DNA of 64,000 bases, taken from NCBI GenBank assembly GCA_047602425.1, contig JASGHG010000001.1, positions 3,648,001-3,712,000 on the forward strand, written 5' to 3'. Of the stretch, positions 54,266 to 61,835 are shown piece after piece. The notes under the pieces are model-generated. The model was not told the origin of the DNA, did no database searches, and was given only the letters and a program-made list of their open reading frames with translations. The stretch comes from Nibricoccus sp. Lineage in GTDB: Bacteria; Verrucomicrobiota; Verrucomicrobiia; Opitutales; Opitutaceae. The position numbers were made by a program, and so were the translations under genes. Every line of letters starts with the position of its first letter. The stretch's first letter is position 1.

Positions 54266-54566
54266 TCAGATTGGGTCGTAAATCTGTACGCGTGCCCAGA
54301 ATGAGCTGAATTCTTGGAGGAAAGCCTTGTGAAGCGGATCAATCTGATAGGCATCGTGAGATGCGATGTCTTTGAAGAGTACGGTGAGCGCAAAGGTATA
54401 ACTGCTGTCGCGAACCGGACGCTCAGGCAGAGTGGCGGGCGTTCCGACGTAAACGGCACTCTGCGGACTTGATGCCGCGCAGGGATTCAAGGCCCTTTTG
54501 CAGGGCAATACGCTGAGCGGAGGTGGTTTCAGGTTTTAGCCAGAAGAAAACGGAGTGTATGAGCAT
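54266..54566 (-). pseudogene. Dabb (stress-responsive A/B barrel) protein with frameshift at ~54458
   Basis: MLIHSVFFWLK...LRGIKSAE in one frame continues as AVYVGTPA...HDAYQIDPLHKAF...QIYD in another; one extra base (GAG-T-GCC). Confidence 0.8.
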
Positions 54567-54682
54567 GAAGCACTTGTCACAGGAGGGGCAGGACGTTGGC
54601 AAGCCGCGAAAACTAGGTTTTAAAAGGTCCTTTAGAATCCTTGACGCGGTCCGATTCAGCCTCAATTTCCCAACCTTCTGTT

Positions 54683-54756
54683 TGCCCGATGGTGTAATGG
54701 CAGCACCGGAGATTTTGGATCTCCTTGTCATGGTTCGAATCCATGTCGGGCAGCCA
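54683..54756 (+). tRNA. tRNA-Gln(UUG)
   Basis: Acceptor TGCCCGA/TCGGGCA, anticodon arm GGAGA-TT-TTG-GA-TCTCC, T arm GGTTCGAATCC, encoded CCA. Confidence 0.96.
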
Positions 54757-56002
54757 GCTTGGGGAGGCCAAAAACAGTGTTATCCCCCTCTGATATAGCC
54801 TTTTGTGCCAGTTCTACCAACTGAGTCAAAACAGCCCTAAAAGGCCCTTGCGCACAACTAGACACACAATCTGTGCGTGCAGCTGTGTGTACTTCAGGAG
54901 CCAGCACCCACGGCAACTTTGCCACCTCGGCATGCAATCCGAGTGCGGCAACATCCGTGTAAACATTAGCCGTCAACGACGGGTCCGAGTGACCGAGCAT
55001 TTCCTGTGCGGCACGCTGACCGACACCCGACTGAGCGCCCCACGTCTGAAAAGTTTTTCGAAATGCATGAAAATGTAACACGCGACCAGACGCGTCACGC
55101 CGCTCAATACCAGCCCTCGCCATATCCGCCTGCAACGCGTCGTCAGATGGAAACCGAGCAAACACACCTAGATCACGCCGCCACCTCGTCACCTCAGCCT
55201 CACAACACAACAACTTTGCCAACTCCGGATGCAACGGCACAGTCCGCTTGTCCTTGTCCTTCGTCGTGCTTGCCCGGAACACGACGCACGGAGCATCCCC
55301 AAGGTTAACATCATCCCATAGCAACGCACGCGCCTCATTCGTACGAGCTCCAGTGTATGCAAGAAACAAATACACAAGCCGACGATAGGCAGGAGCCACC
55401 TCACAGAGTTTCGCCAACTCCGCTTGAGTGAACGCACGCGACACCCGAACCGCCTTCCCTCGAGTATCCACCATATCTACACCCCTGAGAGGATTGACCG
55501 CCAAACGCCCAAGCCGAACCAGCCAATTGAAGAAAGCATTCACCGACACCTGAAATTCTTTCTTCGTTTTTGCCGCACACGTAAGCTTTGCCCGCCACGC
55601 CACAAACGAAGTAGGGGAGACATCCGCAAGACGCGCCCACCCCGTCTCCCCAATGACCCGCTCGATGCGCCGCACACTCTCGACCACATGCGCAGCAGCA
55701 AGACCCCGCCCGTTCAAATCCGCCTTGTATTCAGAAACCAATGACACCAGCGACGCCGCAGCAGCAAAACGAATTGCCTCAGGTTGCACGATGCCTTCCG
55801 CCTCACATTGCTTCGCCGTCACCAAATCACGAAGACGCTTTTCTGCTACCTTTTTGTTCGACGTGTACAGCGACACCGTCACCGGTCGGTCACCAGCTTG
55901 CAGCGCGTACCGCCCAGAATACGACCGCGACAAGATACGCCTACCGGCCTTTCTACGACTCTGTTTGAAGACATACTGAATCACGCACTCATATGAATGC
56001 AA
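54728..56002 (-). CDS. Tyrosine recombinase/integrase (prophage form; stop codon lies within the tRNA)
   Basis: TGARTNE, HAFRKT, LGHSD, NVYTD; ORF reads through att core (LAARHGFEP*); start TTG 56002 or GTG 55984. Confidence 0.95.
   Translation of the reverse strand: MHSYECVIQYVFKQSRRKAGRRILSRSYSGRYALQAGDRPVTVSLYTSNKKVAEKRLRDLVTAKQCEAEGIVQPEAIRFAAAASLVSLVSEYKADLNGRGLAAAHVVESVRRIERVIGETGWARLADVSPTSFVAWRAKLTCAAKTKKEFQVSVNAFFNWLVRLGRLAVNPLRGVDMVDTRGKAVRVSRAFTQAELAKLCEVAPAYRRLVYLFLAYTGARTNEARALLWDDVNLGDAPCVVFRASTTKDKDKRTVPLHPELAKLLCCEAEVTRWRRDLGVFARFPSDDALQADMARAGIERRDASGRVLHFHAFRKTFQTWGAQSGVGQRAAQEMLGHSDPSLTANVYTDVAALGLHAEVAKLPWVLAPEVHTAARTDCVSSCAQGPFRAVLTQLVELAQKAISEGDNTVFGLPKLAARHGFEP
54732..54757 (+). 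repeat. attL core (3' end of tRNA-Gln)
   Basis: GGTTCGAATCCATGTCGGGCAGCCAG, identical to 61637-61662. Confidence 0.95.
54851..54869 (+). promoter_or_regulatory. Putative integrase arm-type site (P' arm)
   Basis: CGCACAACTAGACACACAA, exact reverse complement of 61555-61573. Confidence 0.7.
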
Positions 56003-56010
56003 AAGAACTC

Positions 56011-56032
56011 ACAAAAGCAAGTAGATTTTTGT
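56011..56032. promoter_or_regulatory. Putative operator in int/regulator divergent gap
   Basis: ACAAAA-N10-TTTTGT inverted repeat in a ~43-bp AT-rich divergent intergenic region. Confidence 0.4.
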
Positions 56033-56045
56033 AACATCATAAAGT

Positions 56046-56270
56046 ATGAAATCTCGCGTGCGTTCTAAGCCGCAAATAGCCGCCTCTTTACCCAAGCACA
56101 TCGCGGAAGAAATTCAGCGTTTCAGCACTGCACTTGATATCACAAAAGGTGAATACCTAGCGCTAATCGCTCGCAAATGGTATGCCGACAACTGTCCCCC
56201 GGTTAGCGATGAAGAAAAAAGACTCAGGGAAACAGCCGACCACCCAAAGCAGGTAAAAAAGCCAGCTTAA
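56046..56270 (+). CDS. Small putative DNA-binding regulator (ribbon-helix-helix/CopG-like), candidate repressor
   Basis: QIAASLPKHIAEEIQRFSTALDITKGEYLALIARKW strand-helix-helix pattern; divergent from int. Confidence 0.6.
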   Translation: MKSRVRSKPQIAASLPKHIAEEIQRFSTALDITKGEYLALIARKWYADNCPPVSDEEKRLRETADHPKQVKKPA

Positions 56271-56304
56271 CACCCGGATGCTGGCAACGCCCCAAGCAAA
56301 CACC

Positions 56305-56802
56305 ATGCGCCATCTGCTCTCACTGCTCCTATTTGCAGCAGTATCACTGACGGCCAGCGCCCGACTTGGAGAAAATGAGCAAGAGCTTATAAAACGATTC
56401 GGGCAACCTCTGTCACAGACACCGGAAAAGTTTTTCGCGCAAGGAAAATTCATAACCATCGGTACCGCTCTAACATTTCAACAAGAATCATGGCGAATAA
56501 CAGCCGTTTTAACAGAAAACCGTTGCTCGAAAATCACCTACACCCACCCCGGAGACTGGACCGAAAATCAATTCACAACGACTCTCACAGCAAATTGCCA
56601 AGCATCGAAATGGACCGACACGTCAAGCACTGACCAAGGATTCCGAAAACTATCGCGCAATTGGAAACGCGCTGACGGAGGAACCGCCTCGTGGACAATG
56701 GCAGGGACCAGTTTGGTAATCACAAACCCAGCCTACAACAGAACCAAAGAAAAAGCTGAAGCAAAAGCCAAAGCCGAGACCTCACGCATACCCAAAATCT
56801 AG
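56305..56802 (+). CDS. Secreted/periplasmic phage cargo protein
   Basis: Signal peptide MRHLLSLLLFAAVSLTASA; co-oriented with regulator, opposite to virion genes. Confidence 0.7.
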   Translation: MRHLLSLLLFAAVSLTASARLGENEQELIKRFGQPLSQTPEKFFAQGKFITIGTALTFQQESWRITAVLTENRCSKITYTHPGDWTENQFTTTLTANCQASKWTDTSSTDQGFRKLSRNWKRADGGTASWTMAGTSLVITNPAYNRTKEKAEAKAKAETSRIPKI

Positions 56803-56806
56803 CAAC

Positions 56807-58132
56807 CTAACGCATAGAACTCGTTAGCGTTTCGGTGGTCTTCAGACGAGCAACGCCATCTACCACCGACCACGACCCCTCGTCCCGAGGCTTGTCGATC
56901 GCTTCGATTCTAGACATTTCCGTTCGCACAGGCATCTCCACACGTTCCGGATCCTTCGCTCGCTCCAAATAGACCCTCGTGCCGTCTACAACGGTCCCGG
57001 CTGCGTCTACACGCTGCAATTCCTTATCTCTATCCGTAACCGTACGACCGTCACTTAAAACAACCTGTACACGCCCCGCACGGATCAAATAACCACGAAC
57101 CAAAACCGGCTGGGGAAGGGGACGATTCGCAATATCCGAGGGCAAAGCGCTCGACGCAGCCGGCGTGTTGTTTGGTTTCAACTGCGCCAACTGGACCGAC
57201 GGCAGTCCCGTCACACTGTCCATTTGGACAGCGGGTCGGGCTGTCGGGTCTGTACCATTGCCAAGAGTAGGGGATGCCGTTGCGCTCGACGGCGCGCTCT
57301 TCTGAATTTGCTTGCCCAATAGCTTACCGCCAATCCATGGCGCAAACCAGGTCAAGGCACAAAGCAAAACCGCACCCGGTAAAACCAGAATAATCGGTAT
57401 GCCCGAGGCCCGCTTCCCTTTGTCCGCTTGCGATCCATGCACGCCAATCCCCTTCGCAGTGTCGTAACAAGACGCCGCGCCTTGCGTATCCAAATGATAG
57501 ATACGTTTTATAAATGGCTCAGAATTACGCGACGGCTCTTCGTTGTAATAACGCGCAACGAACCGACCACGACCTCTAAACATGCCAAACCGAGCTTGGT
57601 ACTCGTTACGGGAAATAATAAAATCCTCCGCCACAGATCGAAACTGTTTATCCAAATTCGAAGCCGCTTGCGTGATACACCACACGCGGTCGCTCAGCTT
57701 GCGATGTTGCGCCAGATAGATCAATGCCTCTGGACCAATTTCCGCCCACTTACGCGCGTTAAATTTCAACTGCGCTTCATCAATAACGTAAAAGACGCCT
57801 TGCGGGCAACCCTCAACACCCTCCATCACCTTTTCCGCTTCGACATCATCTAGTTTCTCAAGCGTTGAAAACTTTGGCACCGGCAAACGTTTCGGTCCAC
57901 GAACCAACCAAAACGACTGCACCTCATCACTACGGATCAGACAAACACGTTCAACCGTACGGAAATTTCGGCCGGGATACTTTTGTTGGAGGTATTCGTT
58001 AAGCCGTCCAACATCTAAAGGAAGGTTCGTAACGATGTTTCGATAGCCCTCCACGAGTTCCTTGATGATCTCCAAAAGAGCCAGGTACGACTTACCGCCA
58101 CCCGGTTTGCCCATGCCGATGTGAATACTCAT
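56807..58132 (-). CDS. Zot/pI-like morphogenesis ATPase
   Basis: Walker A GKPGGGKS, Walker B YVIDEAQ, QHRK, ITQ, TM after the ATPase domain; GGAGG RBS upstream. Confidence 0.93.
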   Translation of the reverse strand: MSIHIGMGKPGGGKSYLALLEIIKELVEGYRNIVTNLPLDVGRLNEYLQQKYPGRNFRTVERVCLIRSDEVQSFWLVRGPKRLPVPKFSTLEKLDDVEAEKVMEGVEGCPQGVFYVIDEAQLKFNARKWAEIGPEALIYLAQHRKLSDRVWCITQAASNLDKQFRSVAEDFIISRNEYQARFGMFRGRGRFVARYYNEEPSRNSEPFIKRIYHLDTQGAASCYDTAKGIGVHGSQADKGKRASGIPIILVLPGAVLLCALTWFAPWIGGKLLGKQIQKSAPSSATASPTLGNGTDPTARPAVQMDSVTGLPSVQLAQLKPNNTPAASSALPSDIANRPLPQPVLVRGYLIRAGRVQVVLSDGRTVTDRDKELQRVDAAGTVVDGTRVYLERAKDPERVEMPVRTEMSRIEAIDKPRDEGSWSVVDGVARLKTTETLTSSMR

Positions 58133-58135
58133 CGT

Positions 58136-58270
58136 TCACTCCTCCAACTTGTCAAAACGCTTTGCCCTCCTGATTGCCCAAACGTCGGCAATCAAAAACC
58201 CGAAAAGCGTACTAACCGAACCAACAAGCATCCAAAAAACAATACCCCAAATAGAATCAGCAATTATCAT
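58136..58270 (-). CDS. Small single-TM phage protein (minor coat candidate, 44 aa)
   Basis: Not in ORF track: MIIADSIWGIVFWMLVGSVSTLFGFLIADVWAIRRAKRFDKLEE. Confidence 0.7.
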   Translation of the reverse strand: MIIADSIWGIVFWMLVGSVSTLFGFLIADVWAIRRAKRFDKLEE

Positions 58271-58274
58271 AAAT

Positions 58275-58421
58275 TTATCTTTCGATGTTATCCGAACCAA
58301 CACGACGCACCCAACGAAGCCCTGTACGAGTCAAACGCACCAACGCTCCAAACATCATACCAAGGGCAAAAACTTTCGCCTCATCGGTAAGCGCCCATTC
58401 AGGAAGATTCTCAAAGTTCAT
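58275..58421 (-). CDS. Small single-TM phage protein (minor coat candidate, 48 aa)
   Basis: MNFENLPEWALTDEAKVFALGMMFGALVRLTRTGLRWVRRVGSDNIER; ATGA overlap with upstream gene. Confidence 0.7.
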   Translation of the reverse strand: MNFENLPEWALTDEAKVFALGMMFGALVRLTRTGLRWVRRVGSDNIER

Positions 58422-59752
58422 GGCACAATAAACCGAATTGTAGCAGCCGCAGCCGCGAAGATTGACGAAGCATAGAGATTCCATCCAAAGCGCGCCACGA
58501 GGGTCAACACAATCGTCGCAACCGGAAAAAGCTTATCCAACATATACAAGGCCCCCGCAGCCATTCCCGTAGTTGGATTCGTGCCCGCCGCCGCTATGAT
58601 CGCAGACAAACTAATATCTCCGGTCAACCAAGACAACAAAGCCAAAGTAAATGTAGTCACCGCCACCGTTATTGCCGAAGCAGCAACCAACGCCGTCGCT
58701 TGCGCGCCCGTACCACTGACTATCGGATTCCCCTTCGCTTGCGGCAAAACACTGATCCCTTGCGTCCAGTCCTTAACCTGCGCTGACGCCCAAATGCCAA
58801 AAACAATTATACACGCCCAAGCAGTGGCCGACCGGAACCATTCACAAATCCCAGCGAAACGTTCATTCTTAAACGGATCAGCATCGACCGTAGCCCCGCC
58901 CATGTTTGCCGGAAAAACTATCGCGAAGTTCGGCGCACCACCGCCAACAGTCGGCTTCACGGGCTGACTAACAGAAGGATAATGAGCCCTAGCCACCGAT
59001 GCCGCCGCAGCCCCTTTTCCCTCCATTTGACTAGTACCCTCTTCACCTTTCTTCTGCGCAGCCTGTACAGCTTCCCACAACGAGTCGCCACCTGTACCCG
59101 TACCCGAAGAACCAGACGACCCCGAAGAGCTTGACGACGAACTCCCACCCGAACTTGACGAAGACGAAGATGACGACGAACCGCCTTCACCTCCCCCTGA
59201 ACTTCCGCTTGAAGACGAGGATGACGACGACGATGAAGAAGACGATGACGACGACGAGGAAGAGGACGAAGAACTAGACGAAGACGAACTGCCTTCAGGC
59301 GATAGATAATCAGTATAATTGACCGAAACCCGCTCAGTAGGATTTAAGTTACTATACGTAAACGCATTAATCCGTAACTCCGCACCTACCTGGTATTCGC
59401 TATCAAACAATATATCGTAATATCCGCTGGCTTGCTGCTCATACACTAAAGCGACCTCAAGACCATTCGCTTTCTTTATATATATCGAATAATACTGTCC
59501 CGGCCAACCCGGGGTACCCGAGTTTGTGCTCACCGCTGTAAATAACCGAGCCCCAGCCCCATTATTCGTCAACTCTGTGTGAGTCGTAACCGTAAATGTA
59601 ATATCCCTAATTTCATAGCCAGAACCATTCCAATAGTTAAACGGCACGACATACGAACCGCCACCACCAAAGACCTTCAAACATCCAAAGGCGACAAAAT
59701 AAAAGAAGACAACCAACAACCTGCTACAAAAATTAGGAATAGCATATTTCAT
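58418..59752 (-). CDS. pIII-like attachment protein with poly-Ser/Gly linker and multi-TM (pVI-like) C-terminus
   Basis: Signal peptide, beta-rich domain, long Ser/Gly tract, TM, extra hydrophobic helices ending TIRFIVP. Confidence 0.8.
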   Translation of the reverse strand: MKYAIPNFCSRLLVVFFYFVAFGCLKVFGGGGSYVVPFNYWNGSGYEIRDITFTVTTHTELTNNGAGARLFTAVSTNSGTPGWPGQYYSIYIKKANGLEVALVYEQQASGYYDILFDSEYQVGAELRINAFTYSNLNPTERVSVNYTDYLSPEGSSSSSSSSSSSSSSSSSSSSSSSSSSSSGSSGGGEGGSSSSSSSSSSGGSSSSSSSGSSGSSGTGTGGDSLWEAVQAAQKKGEEGTSQMEGKGAAAASVARAHYPSVSQPVKPTVGGGAPNFAIVFPANMGGATVDADPFKNERFAGICEWFRSATAWACIIVFGIWASAQVKDWTQGISVLPQAKGNPIVSGTGAQATALVAASAITVAVTTFTLALLSWLTGDISLSAIIAAAGTNPTTGMAAGALYMLDKLFPVATIVLTLVARFGWNLYASSIFAAAAATIRFIVP

Positions 59753-59767
59753 GGGATTTAAAGGTTT

Positions 59768-59793
59768 AAAGCCGGGGTTTGCAGTCCCCCGGC
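59768..59793 (-). terminator. Terminator after major coat gene
   Basis: GCCGGGG/CCCCGGC stem followed by TTT on the minus strand. Confidence 0.65.
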
Positions 59794-59802
59794 ATAGCAT
59801 CG

Positions 59803-59919
59803 TTAGATGCGCTTGAGCCACTTGCGACCGAGGAAAAACCCGGTCACAGAGACGGCCAGAACAACGATAACGCCAAACAGCGTTGTTGCGGATGCAACCA
59901 TTGCAGTAATCTCAGTCAT
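59803..59919 (-). CDS. Major coat protein (pVIII-like), 38 aa
   Basis: Not in ORF track: MTEITAMVASATTLFGVIVVLAVSVTGFFLGRKWLKRI; acidic N-terminus, TM, basic C-terminus, directly upstream of pIII-like gene. Confidence 0.8.
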   Translation of the reverse strand: MTEITAMVASATTLFGVIVVLAVSVTGFFLGRKWLKRI

Positions 59920-59936
59920 GTTTATGTTTCCCGGTT

Positions 59937-60065
59937 TTATTTTGTTATTTTTCGCCGCCACAACCAGACGCGGAAACTAATTCCGGCAGCGAATAGCACC
60001 CATAGTGGCCAACAGGTCAGCAAAAACTGCCGAACCATTTGCGATACTATAGACGCAAAAATCAT
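59937..60065 (-). CDS. Small TM phage protein (pVII/pIX-like candidate, 42 aa)
   Basis: MIFASIVSQMVRQFLLTCWPLWVLFAAGISFRVWLWRRKITK. Confidence 0.6.
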   Translation of the reverse strand: MIFASIVSQMVRQFLLTCWPLWVLFAAGISFRVWLWRRKITK

Positions 60066-60067
60066 AC

Positions 60068-60304
60068 TCAGGTCAGAACCAACTCCCCCTGACCCTCCAA
60101 GAGCATCAAAGCCCCGTTTAAACGCGATATCTCCCCAGTAAGCGCAGTGATAGCCTGCTTTTCCGTAGACTCCCAAATTTCGGCATTTAAACAACTGCTA
60201 GGGGTAAGCAGCAGACGCTCACAACGCATCGTCTTTGCTTTTTCGAGATCAGCGATACGACGACGAATAGCACCAATTTTATTAGCTCTCTGGAATCGAT
60301 TCAT
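60068..60304 (-). CDS. Hypothetical phage protein (78 aa)
   Basis: MNRFQRANKIGAIRRRIADLEK...; packed against the next ORF. Confidence 0.55.
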   Translation of the reverse strand: MNRFQRANKIGAIRRRIADLEKAKTMRCERLLLTPSSCLNAEIWESTEKQAITALTGEISRLNGALMLLEGQGELVLT

Positions 60305-60334
60305 AACGACAGTTAGTTTTGTTTTGAACAAGGA

Positions 60335-60381
60335 AAGGCCGCGCATGCCGTCCGCTAGCGCGTCCGGCATGCGCGGGCCTT
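60335..60381. other. Strong hairpin: candidate replication origin or packaging signal
   Basis: AAGGCC-GCGCATGCCG...CGGCATGCGC-G-GGCCTT with inner CGCTAGCG, in a gap between phage genes. Confidence 0.55.
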
Positions 60382-60686
60382 TATTTCTTCGATACTTCTG
60401 GACGCTCCAATTTGACATCGAGAGACAGAAGGCCGTTTGCCTTGAATCCCGGAACGACTTGCGCGACGACATCTTCGCCAGAGCGAAAGAGCAGGGGCAT
60501 TTCACCCTTTGCTTGATCGACTGACTGAGTGAGGTTGACGAAGGTCTCACCAGCGAGAACCTTGCCACGAACCATTTGATAGGCGCGACCCTTTGCAGAG
60601 ACGCCACCGATCATTTCGAAATCGCCAACCGCTTTACCGATCAGGAAGACGCCGGTTGGAAGTCCGGCAGGTAGTTTGATAGCCAT
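60381..60686 (-). CDS. Putative ssDNA-binding protein (pV-like)
   Basis: 101 aa, beta-rich, SAKGRAYQM loop, directly downstream of rep. Confidence 0.65.
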   Translation of the reverse strand: MAIKLPAGLPTGVFLIGKAVGDFEMIGGVSAKGRAYQMVRGKVLAGETFVNLTQSVDQAKGEMPLLFRSGEDVVAQVVPGFKANGLLSLDVKLERPEVSKK

Positions 60687-61498
60687 GTTTGTACTTTCGT
60701 TTCTATTTTATTGCGGTCGATTTTGAGGACATCCGCCCCGAGACCGTGCCGGAGCAGAAGTTGTGAAAACTCCACAAGTAACGCACCCCACGAATCCTGA
60801 CGGATTACAAAGAGCTGATGACGTTTTGAGCCGTCATCCAAAGTGGTCCGACCGACGACAAGCTTTGACCATTTCTGAATTCTCTCCCCGATTGTATCGG
60901 ATTTCCCGATACGTTCGTTTTGTGTGTCGCTGGACAGGTCATCACCAGCTTGGCGGGGGGACGCCTTTTCTTCTTTCTTTAGCTCATCGCCGGTCGAAGA
61001 GGGGAAGAATCCCATTGAGGTCTGAAAGAGCCTCATCTGGCTGCGATTGAGAACCCAATCGGGCAGATTTTCCGCAGCCTTGGAAACGTACTTAAAAAGG
61101 TAATCAAAGCGGGCATCTGTCACACCCTTGATTTCTGTCCGTCCCTTCGCCCACCGGTTGTGAATGTCTTCAGCTTCGATAGGACGCTTGTAGTCAACTA
61201 ACAGATGCCAGTGAGGCCACACCTTGCCGTTTTCATCCGGCTCATGGAACTCCAGTTTCCAACACCAACGCTTGATGCTGTAATCCTCGCGCAACCGGTC
61301 GATAAAATGCCGCATAGACCGTTTTCCGGCTTCATATGCAGCCTCTGGATCAGGAAACCGCTCACGGTCTAGCGTGAGGGTTATAAAACGCCAATTGCGC
61401 AGATTGTCCGGAAAACCACGGCGCACTAGCTGGCGAATCTTCGCTAGCGCCCCCAACTCCGTCCAAAAGCCCGGAACAACGTATGGAGAAATCGTCAT
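60641..61498 (-). CDS. HUH rolling-circle replication initiator
   Basis: Motif I FITLT, II WPHWHLL, III YLFKYVSK; GGAGG RBS. Confidence 0.9.
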   Translation of the reverse strand: MTISPYVVPGFWTELGALAKIRQLVRRGFPDNLRNWRFITLTLDRERFPDPEAAYEAGKRSMRHFIDRLREDYSIKRWCWKLEFHEPDENGKVWPHWHLLVDYKRPIEAEDIHNRWAKGRTEIKGVTDARFDYLFKYVSKAAENLPDWVLNRSQMRLFQTSMGFFPSSTGDELKKEEKASPRQAGDDLSSDTQNERIGKSDTIGERIQKWSKLVVGRTTLDDGSKRHQLFVIRQDSWGALLVEFSQLLLRHGLGADVLKIDRNKIETKVQTWLSNYLPDFQPASS

Positions 61499-61554
61499 TT
61501 AACGCCCTCCACATCCGTCAAAGTTCGCCAAACAACCGCCAAAACTAAACGCGT

Positions 61555-61573
61555 TTGTGTGTCTAGTTGTGCG
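61555..61573 (-). promoter_or_regulatory. Putative integrase arm-type site (P arm)
   Basis: TTGTGTGTCTAGTTGTGCG, inverted copy of 54851-54869. Confidence 0.7.
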
Positions 61574-61636
61574 TAATACTCACCAGCCCAATCCTTAAGG
61601 CATGACTCGAAATCCTTTACCACCCCACTGAAACAA

Positions 61637-61662
61637 GGTTCGAATCCATGTCGGGCAGCCAG
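61637..61662 (+). repeat. attR core (duplicated tRNA-Gln 3' end)
   Basis: GGTTCGAATCCATGTCGGGCAGCCAG. Confidence 0.95.
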
Positions 61663-61835
61663 TTTGGCTATTCAGCCCATGGTGGAGGGCGGTTTTCCGG
61701 TGATTTTGATCAAAATGTAAGACACTCGTAACGTGGCGGCTCTTGTGCAGGGAGATTGGCCCGGTTATAGCTAGCGGTGTTGGGACAGTTCACCGTACTT
61801 AGCCAACGCTCAACCGAAAGGAGAAAGCAGCCGCC

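Larger units (their letters stand above)
54732..61662. mobile_element. Filamentous (inovirus-like) prophage integrated in tRNA-Gln; predicted 6905-bp circle
   Basis: 26-bp direct repeats; tyrosine integrase, HUH Rep, SSB-like gene, small TM coat genes, pIII-like gene, Zot/pI ATPase; T/G-rich coding strand. Confidence 0.93.

Noticed and set aside
56807..58132. Zonula occludens toxin as a virulence factor
   Set aside because: Context shows it is the pI assembly ATPase of a filamentous phage; there is no evidence of toxin activity.
59090..59295. CRISPR array or acidic Asp/Glu-rich plus-strand ORF
   Set aside because: No repeat-spacer structure; it is the reverse complement of Ser codons in the pIII-like gene. 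No CRISPR array or cas gene was seen in the window.
61637..61662. Second tRNA gene
   Set aside because: Only the T arm and 3' acceptor strand are present; this is the attR duplication.
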